Source: a virus. Taken from it: a DNA stretch of 64,000 nt. The stretch lies in IMG/VR virus record IMGVR_UViG_3300037502_003155, positions 12,926 to 76,925 of that record; one strand, given 5' to 3'. Shown piece after piece: positions 8,075 to 16,049 of this stretch; position 1 is the first letter of the stretch, and each line of letters begins with the position of its first letter. A model generated the notes under the pieces. The model was not told where the DNA came from. It made no database searches and saw only the letters and a program-made list of their open reading frames with translations. A program made the position numbers and the translations under genes.

Positions 8075-9826
8075 TTATAAATCCAGTAGCAGGTGCCCCA
8101 CATCATTTGGAATCTGGTATCGTGCTGGGCTACCCCCATCGCTCACCACAAAGCCGTCATCGGTGGCCATGCGGTCGAGGGTGAAGGCTACCTGGTCAGT
8201 GGTCAGTTTTTTGAGAGCTGTGGATTGTTGCCGGATCTCTGAGGCCAGCATGGGGGCGTTGGCCTTGTGCTCCAGGATGGCAAGAATGAGTTGCTTAACC
8301 TCGCTCATGGTTTCGGGGGTTACGGCCACCGCAACCTCAGGGAAAGTCCCCAATGTGTTGAGCGTGGGAATCTCAAGCTCTGGCGTTTGCCCCACGAACA
8401 ACCGTGACGCATGAACGGCAAACGTGCGGTTCACTGCTGACTGACGACGTAGGGCAGTGTGATAGGTTTGAGCCGATTCGCGCTCAGACTTTGCGCGGAT
8501 CAGTGCATCGTCCGTGAGCACGTTGTCGATGGTTTTGGCGTTGCCCTCCATGGGCTTGCCTTCGTGGTCTTTGGTCGTTTTGCAGCCCAAAGCTAGGGTG
8601 CAAATGTTGTCGCGCAATCCGCTGGATAACGTGTTTTTGCCAGGGGAAAAGCTGATGTCTCCGAGCAAATGGCTTTGGTTTACCAAAATCATGTGCATAT
8701 TTAGCTCACGGCCCGCCACGATAAGATCAAGAAAAACGGTGGTGATTAGCTTTTGCTCATCCTTCTCAAGCCAAGCCAGCTTGCCTTTGGCTAACATCCA
8801 CTCATCGAAGACAAACCAGAGATGTTTTCCCACGGGTTGCCCTTGATTCAGCCGTCCTTTGCGCTTCGTTAGCTCAGTATTGATCTGGTTAAACAATTTC
8901 AGGTAATCGTTATCCGACTGCATAAACCGAGCGGCGGGCTTAAGGTTTGCCCAGTCAGATCCTTTAGGGTCAGCAATGGTGATAAGGTGCCCCTGGTTGG
9001 CCAGATGGGTACAGAGATTCCGCAGCACCCAGGTTTTTCCGCTACCTGTAGTAGCAGCGATCAGAATGTGTATTTGGCTAGCCAGGTAGGGAACAAAGGC
9101 TTGTGGCAATTCGGCGGGTTGCCAGCCAGTAGATTCAGCTTCCATCGGGGGCGCTACAGCCTCTATGTGTTCCCACGGCTCCGTCACCATGTCAGGGGTG
9201 CCCTGGGGGGCTTCTATGGGCTGGGTCGGCTGGTCAGTTCCTTCAACAGCCGAGGATGATTCTTGAGGCGAGGATGATTCTTGAGGCTTCTGAAGCCATT
9301 GGAACGGGCCTAGTTCAGTCGGCACGCCCTTAGGCTCAATCCCCCAATCCTCTAGCAGTTGCTCTAGCCGTTGAATGGGCAGCATGACGTTAGTGGGGTC
9401 GCTAGGGTCAATCCAGCAATAGACCTCTCCATATTTGGCCAAGGGGTGCTTGTCCTTGGGGCTAAACTCAATCCAGCCTGTATGGCCGAGCATCCCTTCA
9501 ATGGCTCGGTTGATGGCGGCTACGTCGTAGCGTTTTTTAAGTTGTGCGCGAAGATCGTTGATGCTGGGATGCTTTGGGGTAGAGGCGCTCAAGATTTCCT
9601 GCAATTCATCCCCCTCTTCCTTAGGGCGAAACTTTTTGATTTCGTCCAAAAAATAAGCCCCCATACCAACAACCGCCGCAACACTGGCAATGGGCAGTGT
9701 TGCGGCGGTTGTATATAAAACAACGATACCCCCACCCACAACGATTGCCCTTTCTAGCAGCCCGCCGCTAGCTGGTTTAATGAGCGCGGGCTGTTTCTTT
9801 TTCGGGCTGATGGTGGTCAGGGTCAT
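8075..9826 (-). CDS. membrane-anchored FtsK/SpoIIIE/TraB-like DNA translocase ATPase
   Basis: N-terminal TM hairpin; Walker A ATTGSGKT; Walker B WFVFDE; GRELNMHMILVNQ motif; C-terminal winged-helix-like domain. Confidence 0.75.
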   Translation of the reverse strand: MTLTTISPKKKQPALIKPASGGLLERAIVVGGGIVVLYTTAATLPIASVAAVVGMGAYFLDEIKKFRPKEEGDELQEILSASTPKHPSINDLRAQLKKRYDVAAINRAIEGMLGHTGWIEFSPKDKHPLAKYGEVYCWIDPSDPTNVMLPIQRLEQLLEDWGIEPKGVPTELGPFQWLQKPQESSSPQESSSAVEGTDQPTQPIEAPQGTPDMVTEPWEHIEAVAPPMEAESTGWQPAELPQAFVPYLASQIHILIAATTGSGKTWVLRNLCTHLANQGHLITIADPKGSDWANLKPAARFMQSDNDYLKLFNQINTELTKRKGRLNQGQPVGKHLWFVFDEWMLAKGKLAWLEKDEQKLITTVFLDLIVAGRELNMHMILVNQSHLLGDISFSPGKNTLSSGLRDNICTLALGCKTTKDHEGKPMEGNAKTIDNVLTDDALIRAKSERESAQTYHTALRRQSAVNRTFAVHASRLFVGQTPELEIPTLNTLGTFPEVAVAVTPETMSEVKQLILAILEHKANAPMLASEIRQQSTALKKLTTDQVAFTLDRMATDDGFVVSDGGSPARYQIPNDVGHLLLDL

Positions 9827-9832
9827 GGCTGA

Positions 9833-10489
9833 TTACTCTCCATACTTTCTCATGTTTGATTTTTTGCCCCCGCCGAACACCCCGGCAAAGGCGAAGGTGG
9901 CACCGATCAACGCATCGAGGGCGAGGCTATCAACCAAGGCCGCAGTCATTGAGGCTTCACCCCCACGGGCTACCCACACGATCCAGGCTTCCACCACAAA
10001 GGCGGCAACAGAAAACAGAAGGATCGTCCGCAGTTGCTCGGCACTGAGTTTGTTGTGGCGGTCTACCAGGCGTTTAATTTCGCCGCTGTCGTTGGACTCA
10101 GCCGCCAACAGATTGCGGTTGCGTTGCTGCCCTCGCAGGTGGCTAATCATGCCCTCGATGACTCTGGGGTGAAAGTAGAGGCCAGTAGGGAGGGATTGCA
10201 GAATGGTGAGGACAATCAACACCACCACAGGGAGCAGTCCCACGAGGACGGACGCTGTTAGGTTGCAGAACCCCCGCAAGAATCCCCCTATCAATGGGGC
10301 GGCAACGAACTGGACGCATACCCCACTGATACGGCTTATCCCCCAGCTAGCAAAGGCCGCTTGGTATAAGCCCAGGGCACGGTAGAGAAGGAACGTCCCC
10401 ACCATGCCAGAGGCAACGTAGACGGGCCATTTGACCCACGAAAGGCCCACTTGCTTGCGAGGTGCGGCACTCTTGAATTCTTGAGTCAT
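9833..10489 (-). CDS. multi-pass membrane protein
   Basis: Several hydrophobic segments; co-transcribed with the ATPase. Confidence 0.7.
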   Translation of the reverse strand: MTQEFKSAAPRKQVGLSWVKWPVYVASGMVGTFLLYRALGLYQAAFASWGISRISGVCVQFVAAPLIGGFLRGFCNLTASVLVGLLPVVVLIVLTILQSLPTGLYFHPRVIEGMISHLRGQQRNRNLLAAESNDSGEIKRLVDRHNKLSAEQLRTILLFSVAAFVVEAWIVWVARGGEASMTAALVDSLALDALIGATFAFAGVFGGGKKSNMRKYGE

Positions 10490-10493
10490 GCCC

Positions 10494-10964
10494 TTACTGC
10501 TCCTGGCTGATTTGATAAACAATCTGGGCGCGTTGCTGCATCGCCTGGGCTTCCAGGGCAAAACCACCAGCCACTAGCGCCTCTCTGATTCGGGGGCTGG
10601 TGCCAATATGCTCAACGATCTGGCCAGACTCCACCCGGAATAAACTCCCGTCGCTGCTGCACACATAGCCTCCCTGGATAGGCGTGCCTTGGGGGTAGAG
10701 CGTCGTCACGCTCATAGGGTCGATGGGAACATCGCCAACAGCAAAGTTGGTCGTCTGGGTTTCACGATTGATCGCCTGAGCAATGCAGCTTTGCTCTACG
10801 AAAATGTTTTCAGCCCGTAGCTGGGCTTTGGCTCCGGCCTCATCAGACTGGCTTGCCTGAACCTGGGCACGGAACCGCTCAGCCCCTCCTAGGTACAAGC
10901 TCCCGCCAATCACGCCAGCGCAGGCCAGCAAAATAAACGTCGTCTTGTGATCATCTAGCTCCAT
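10494..10964 (-). CDS. single-TM exported protein
   Basis: GGGAGG RBS before MELDDH; TM segment FILLACAGVIGGSLYL. Confidence 0.65.
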   Translation of the reverse strand: MELDDHKTTFILLACAGVIGGSLYLGGAERFRAQVQASQSDEAGAKAQLRAENIFVEQSCIAQAINRETQTTNFAVGDVPIDPMSVTTLYPQGTPIQGGYVCSSDGSLFRVESGQIVEHIGTSPRIREALVAGGFALEAQAMQQRAQIVYQISQEQ

Positions 10965-11007
10965 ATCTGGCCTCCCTAAAATCGTCGCGAGAATCCTCGA
11001 AAGCATT

Positions 11008-11119
11008 GATCTAAGGCCATCTAAGGGGTATCTGGTAGTATCTGGCAGAGCATCTAGCGAGGGCCGTTTTAGATACCCCTTAGATGCCTCCGAGATGGCC
11101 CGCCAGATAGCCCTAGATG
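11008..11119. repeat. helically phased inverted repeat array (clt- or centromere-like)
   Basis: Five nATCTRR units at 11008, 11018, 11029, 11039 and 11051, then five inverted units at 11069, 11080, 11091, 11103 and 11113; spacing 10-12 bp. Confidence 0.75.
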
Positions 11120-11149
11120 GGTGCGCGGCATCATCGCGCATGGCCAGAA

Positions 11150-11626
11150 TTAGCCGTGCGATGCGGTACTGCTGGCTCCGTCCGAACTTGTCAAGTAAGC
11201 CGACTGCGTCCCCTGTTGCAATGGCGCGAAGGACACTGGCTTCAAGCTCGGCGCGACGATGCCCGTCTTCGGCCCGGTCGGGTGAGCCGCTACTAGCTCC
11301 CCTACGTTCCGGGCAATTTGCCCGAAAAAAGAGCCACCTAGCAGAATGTCAGCAAGCATCACACTGCTGTCATTTACCAATGGCTGTGCCGCCGCTTGGT
11401 ATTCATTGCCAATCTTCTGAATAGCCTGAGCCTTGGCGGTTAGAGACTCTTGCACCTGAGTTCGGATCTGGGCAAGCTCAGCCGCCACCTGAGCCCGATA
11501 TGCGGCATCTTCGCCGCCAAGAGGCGTCTTGGTGCTGCTAGCCTCCGAAGAAGTTTGCCCACTGGCTTGCGCTGTCTGGGGCTGGGCTTTGGGGTTGGCT
11601 TTGGGGTCGAATCCGTTGTTTGCCAT
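11150..11626 (-). CDS. hypothetical coiled-coil protein
   Basis: AGGAG RBS; in the translocase operon. Confidence 0.65.
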   Translation of the reverse strand: MANNGFDPKANPKAQPQTAQASGQTSSEASSTKTPLGGEDAAYRAQVAAELAQIRTQVQESLTAKAQAIQKIGNEYQAAAQPLVNDSSVMLADILLGGSFFGQIARNVGELVAAHPTGPKTGIVAPSLKPVSFAPLQQGTQSAYLTSSDGASSTASHG

Positions 11627-11879
11627 GATTGGGTTCTCCTAAAAACAATGAAATTTGGTCGTCGCTGTAGCCCTGGCGTTTCCACAAAGCCACCTGGGCT
11701 AATCGGTGGCATTGGCTTTCTGTTAACTCTCGGAGCCGTGACGGGATGCCTGCTAGATTGCACCATCGCCATAGGGTGGGTTCCGAGATTACCTGCCTAC
11801 TTTCGGGGTATCGAATCCGCGAAAGCTCTTGCCGTGCGGTCAATCTGTCGAATGTGGCAGGCGCGTGAAAAGCTTTCAT
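11538..11879 (-). CDS. HTH (excisionase/MerR-like) protein
   Basis: ISEPTLWRWCNLAGIP motif; phased CTTTCA repeats (11873, 11883, 11894) over the start. Confidence 0.55.
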   Translation of the reverse strand: MKAFHAPATFDRLTARQELSRIRYPESRQVISEPTLWRWCNLAGIPSRLRELTESQCHRLAQVALWKRQGYSDDQISLFLGEPNHGKQRIRPQSQPQSPAPDSASQWANFFGG

Positions 11880-12014
11880 CAGCTTTCACCGTCCTTTCAT
11901 CGGGCTTATAGAAATAGCCTAGCGCTAAAATCTCCCCTGTCAACCCCTAAGAAGGGAGGCTATAGGGGTAAAATATGGCGAGTGCCAATGTGTCGTAATT
12001 TGGAGAGAACGATT

Positions 12015-12269
12015 ATGGAGAGTCCCATGGCCCCTCGAAGTGCCCAGCCAAACTTGCAGGAGATTAAGATCAACGTCCCGTCTGAGTTGCTAGCTGATGC
12101 GCTGGAAATGTTTGAGGCCATGGGACTGAAGCCAGGGGACGCCCACCGGGACGCATGGATCGAGGGCGTTCAGGCCATGGCGGAAAAGTACAACAAAGTT
12201 TTGGTTAACAAGCGCCTGCGGCGACGGCTGGCACAAGGGGATGTTTCTAATAGCCATGAGGAAAACTAA
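12015..12269 (+). CDS. small divergent regulator (RHH-like)
   Basis: EIKINVPSELLADA strand-helix pattern; divergent from the translocase operon. Confidence 0.55.
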   Translation: MESPMAPRSAQPNLQEIKINVPSELLADALEMFEAMGLKPGDAHRDAWIEGVQAMAEKYNKVLVNKRLRRRLAQGDVSNSHEEN

Positions 12270-12350
12270 CCATGCCCGACAAGAAACCCAAGCCCAAGAC
12301 CTACACACCCGATTGGCATGTAGACACCAACCCACAGGAGAACACCGACT

Positions 12351-12668
12351 ATGGCAACCAGCACAGCCCTAAGTCCGACCCGCATGGTTGGGATGCCCCA
12401 CCAGCTTGAGCTAGAACTCGTCACCATTGGCAGTCAGCCGACCGCACACAACACCCCTTGCGGTGTAGCCCTAGGCACCGCCACTCACCCCCGAACTATC
12501 CCAGGGCTAGACGCTGACCTATGCCGTTGCCCTGCCTGCACCGACCGAGCCGAGGGCGGTATCTGGTGGTTCAATTCAGCCATGCGAGAGGCTGTACTGA
12601 AGCGACGTACAGCGTTTCGGTTTCGGCTAGATGGCGGCGACCTGGCACGGGATGAAGCTGCCGCCTAG
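12351..12668 (+). CDS. hypothetical protein with Cys motifs
   Basis: AGGAG RBS; CRCPAC; followed by a terminator at about 12690-12723. Confidence 0.55.
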   Translation: MATSTALSPTRMVGMPHQLELELVTIGSQPTAHNTPCGVALGTATHPRTIPGLDADLCRCPACTDRAEGGIWWFNSAMREAVLKRRTAFRFRLDGGDLARDEAAA

Positions 12669-12742
12669 ACCATTTTCCCGACGCCAACAAAAAGCCCTGC
12701 TATCGGTGGATGGCAGGGCTTTTGTGTGGGGTTAGGGACAAC

Positions 12743-13657
12743 CTAGTGCCAACCCAGTGAATCCATAGCGTCATCACTGATCGGTGTAAACAGCATTTTT
12801 TCATGCCCGTTGCTGTCTTGACCGCATTGAATAGCCAAAGGGAATGTTCCGAACTCAGCAAGACCTCTAGCTAATTGCTGGTTTTGCTCTGTCAGATATT
12901 TTCTGCATGGATAAGCGGTAACAGACAGATGACATACCCCATTTTGCTTATCAGCGTGAATCAGGCTGACAACTGGAATCACTGGTTCGCTATTGTCAAA
13001 CTTTGGGTCTTGAAGAATATCCAAGATGTCGTGTCGAATTTGAGGATAAACATCGGCAACAATCAATCCAACGGCTTCCTCCTGTTGCTCTCTTGGCATT
13101 GCCCAAAATTCTTCTGGTGATTCAATGATCTTTACCCACATTTGCACCCCGCTATAGTCTTGCTCTAAACCAACCGGGTCTTTGCACTGAATGACAATGC
13201 TCTGTAGCGGCGTATTGTTTTTGATGGCGTCTCGCAAAGCCAGGGTAGGAATCATCATGGTTCCGTCAGGCGTATCAATGAAGCTGAGCAAAGACGGTTT
13301 GCTATTGAGGATTTTTCTCTGCTGCTTTTTTGTCAGCACCTTCTGTAAATCAACAGAAGCAAAGCCTTTAGGCTTCTTCCTGGATTTTTTGGTTTGCTTT
13401 ATGTTGTGGTTCCCCACCAATAGGGCAACATGATCCAAGACAGGGCGGCACAATTCAAACCATTCCCCTTCTAATCGATGATGTGCCAATTCAGAATGAA
13501 TACGGCTTTCTACTTCAACCCCACCGGGGATAAAGCCTAAGAGCCTTAGTTTGCGAGGGTTAGCGGTTTGCAAAGCCCTCAGCCTTTTTTCTGGATTTTT
13601 ATCTTTGGTGTAGCCAATCTTTACGGCATCGCCGTCTTCGATGAAATAGACCGTCAT
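12743..13657 (-). CDS. GIY-YIG (T5orf172/MUG113-type) domain protein
   Basis: VYFIEDGDAVKIGYT...KRLRALQTANP...ESRIH...GEWF. Confidence 0.85.
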   Translation of the reverse strand: MTVYFIEDGDAVKIGYTKDKNPEKRLRALQTANPRKLRLLGFIPGGVEVESRIHSELAHHRLEGEWFELCRPVLDHVALLVGNHNIKQTKKSRKKPKGFASVDLQKVLTKKQQRKILNSKPSLLSFIDTPDGTMMIPTLALRDAIKNNTPLQSIVIQCKDPVGLEQDYSGVQMWVKIIESPEEFWAMPREQQEEAVGLIVADVYPQIRHDILDILQDPKFDNSEPVIPVVSLIHADKQNGVCHLSVTAYPCRKYLTEQNQQLARGLAEFGTFPLAIQCGQDSNGHEKMLFTPISDDAMDSLGWH

Positions 13658-13711
13658 TGATTCTCTCCAAACAACGATGCCCCGGTCAATGCCGGGGCTA
13701 TGTGGTCTCAC

Positions 13712-14284
13712 CTAGTCTTCTAGCACTCTCTTAACCTTGCGGGCTACGTCAGAGCAAATGCCCTCACACTGATCGGCCCCCCAAGCCTGGGTATCTTCAA
13801 TCGTTCGGCCCGACTTAATCTCTGCCAACGTTAGGGCGGCTAACTCCAGTTCATCAAGGCCGTCCCTAGTTGACTTTACCTTGCGCGATGCCTGAAGCTG
13901 CTTGGCTGTCTGCCCAAATAGCCCCACGTTCACCGCATTGGTGCATCGGGCATATTCATGGGGGTAAGCAACGCCGTGATTCTTGAGCGTGTCAGTAAGC
14001 TGGTATCGCGCCACCTTGCCGTCAAGGCGTGCCTTAATCTGCTTGTCTGACCAACCTAAGCGACTGTATTTGCGAACGGCATGGTCAAGTGCTTTATCTG
14101 GGTCGGCAATGATGCCAGCAGCCCACCGCCGAAACTCAGCCCCACGCTTACCAGGGCACAGCATGAGGATTTGGTACATCCCCTCTTCATTGGTAACGGG
14201 GGTTTCCCGTTGCCCACGACCGGGGAATTTGAAGTCCGAACAAAAGTCGCTAACCTCAGGATTCTGCTTTTCAAGTCGCTGCCG
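13712..14284 (-). pseudogene. 5'-truncated phage antirepressor-like (BRO/KilA-type) gene
   Basis: The frame reads RQRLEKQNPEV...KFPGRGQRETPV...QILMLCPGKRGAEFRRWAA with no start codon upstream; it abuts the integrase end. Confidence 0.6.
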
Positions 14285-15347
14285 CTACATGAGGGATGCT
14301 AGCCCCCTGCTCCAGCAGGTGACTGCCTAGGCTATGCCGTGCGGAGTAGGGCACTCGGTCAACGCCCGCCGCTTTGCAGATCCGTTTCCATGTGCGTTGG
14401 GAAAAATCGCAATCATTGATCGGGTTGCCCCGTGGGGTTAAAAATATCAAGTCGTCCGGCTTAGCCCCGGCGGGCCTCCGGGCGTTCAGCATCGCCACCA
14501 TGTCAGCGTGCAGTGTCAGTGTCCTCACCTTGTTGGTCTTGGTGCCCTTTCTTTGCCGTGCCCAGCCAGCCGCCTTGCCATCGGGGGCTCGGGCGAGGGC
14601 TTCAGCAATGGTTGCCACACCGCGCTCTAGGTCAATGTGTCGCCACCTCAAGCCCGCTGCCTCGCTAACTCGCAGCCCCAAGTAGAACAGGGTCATTACA
14701 AAATCATGGTAGGGCTCGGTGCAGGGATCAGCCTTGGTGGCATCCAAGAAAGCCCGGATCTGCCCAGCAGTTAGCGGTGCCCGTTTTGGGTTGGGTTGGC
14801 GGCTGGCTTTGATGCGTGGCACGTCTGTCCACGGGTTGGACTCTAAGTGCCCCCGCTGCATGGCCCATTGACCAAAACTTCGCAGCCTCGATAGATTCTG
14901 GTTCGCCACAATGCCCGACTGAGAGGCCCGTAGGCGTTCGAGAAAGGCCGCTGCCTCTTTGGTGGTCACAATGTCCTTTCCCCATCGCTGTAGATGCCCT
15001 AGCAGTGGCTTATAGCTAGCGGTAATGGTTTGGCCGCTGGTGCCGTCCTCCCTGCGATGCTCGATAAATTGCTCGAACAGATCGGCGGTGGTTAGCCGGG
15101 GTGGCTCTGGCTCCGGCTCTGGCTGGGGTTTGTATTTGGCTAGCGTTGGGTCAAACTGCTCACGGGCAATATCAGCCTGAATCTCGGTGGCTAGTATCTC
15201 GGCACGATGGCGGTTGAGGGGGCTATCGGGTAGGCCAATGGCAAGCTGATACGGTCGCCCCTGGTGTGTCCACCTCAGGCGTAGCATTTCATTTCGCGTT
15301 GACACTGACACTGCCCCCCGTTTGTTACGGCGGTTTTTCCTGGGCAT
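14271..15347 (-). pseudogene. int: tyrosine integrase with arm-binding domain, C-terminally truncated
   Basis: LRLRW...G...QLAIGLPD arm domain; GLRVSE and YSARH motifs; the ORF stops before the LG[H/N]...Y catalytic segment. Confidence 0.8.
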
Positions 15348-15396
15348 GGTGGTTCATCTGCGTTCCTTCTCTGGTGTTCAGATCCTACCAAGGCAC

Positions 15397-15935
15397 CAGT
15401 CAGTAATTTACTGACTAACTGACAAAAGCCCAAAACCATTGAAGCGCAAAGGGTTTGGAGTTCTGTCAGCAACCCCAGTCAGTGAACTGTCAGCACCAGT
15501 CAGTAGAGCACTGACCAATAGAAATCCTTACGCAGCAAGGCTTTGAGGGGGACGAGTCAGTAAGTCAGTGAAATCCTTATATAGATATTTAAAATATCCC
15601 CCCCTAAAAGATCCCAAAAACTCTAATAGTTTTTGGCTCAACATCTCAATTTTTACTGACTTGCTGACTGGGATACCTCAAACCCTTATATATCAAGGGT
15701 TTGCATTAGTCAGTGGCCTACTGACTTGTACTGACTGGCCTGCTGACAAATCCCCATACAAAATCTAGAAAGCTATATACATCAATACTTTTAAGGATTA
15801 TTCTATTCACTGACACTTACTGACTGGTCTACTGACAAATCCCCCTTTACTTCTCATTCCCATCACCATCAATAAATAAATGGTTATCAGATCTATATAC
15901 CTATAGCTATAGAAGGGCGTTGTATACGGTACACA
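15397..15935. repeat. iteron-rich non-coding element, copy 1 (ori-like)
   Basis: Dense ACTGAC/GTCAGT hexamers in inverted halves around an AT-rich core; 36 bp (15562-15597) identical to 34484-34519. Confidence 0.8.
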
Positions 15936-16049
15936 ATAAGGATTGATAGTGATGCCTCTGGTCAATGAGTTGGACAGGGATTCACTGACTGACTGCCACG
16001 GCCTAGCGGGGTAGGATAAAGAGGTTGTTTACCACCCCAACCCCAACCA

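Noticed and set aside
9252-9288. 18-bp tandem repeat in the ATPase gene
   Set aside because: It is a simple in-frame linker duplication (PQESSS twice) with no further signal.
15397-15935. Iteron elements read as CRISPR arrays or as coding sequence (e.g. ORF 15568..15768)
   Set aside because: There is no repeat-spacer periodicity, and the short ORFs are by-products of the hexamer repeats and are not shared between copies.
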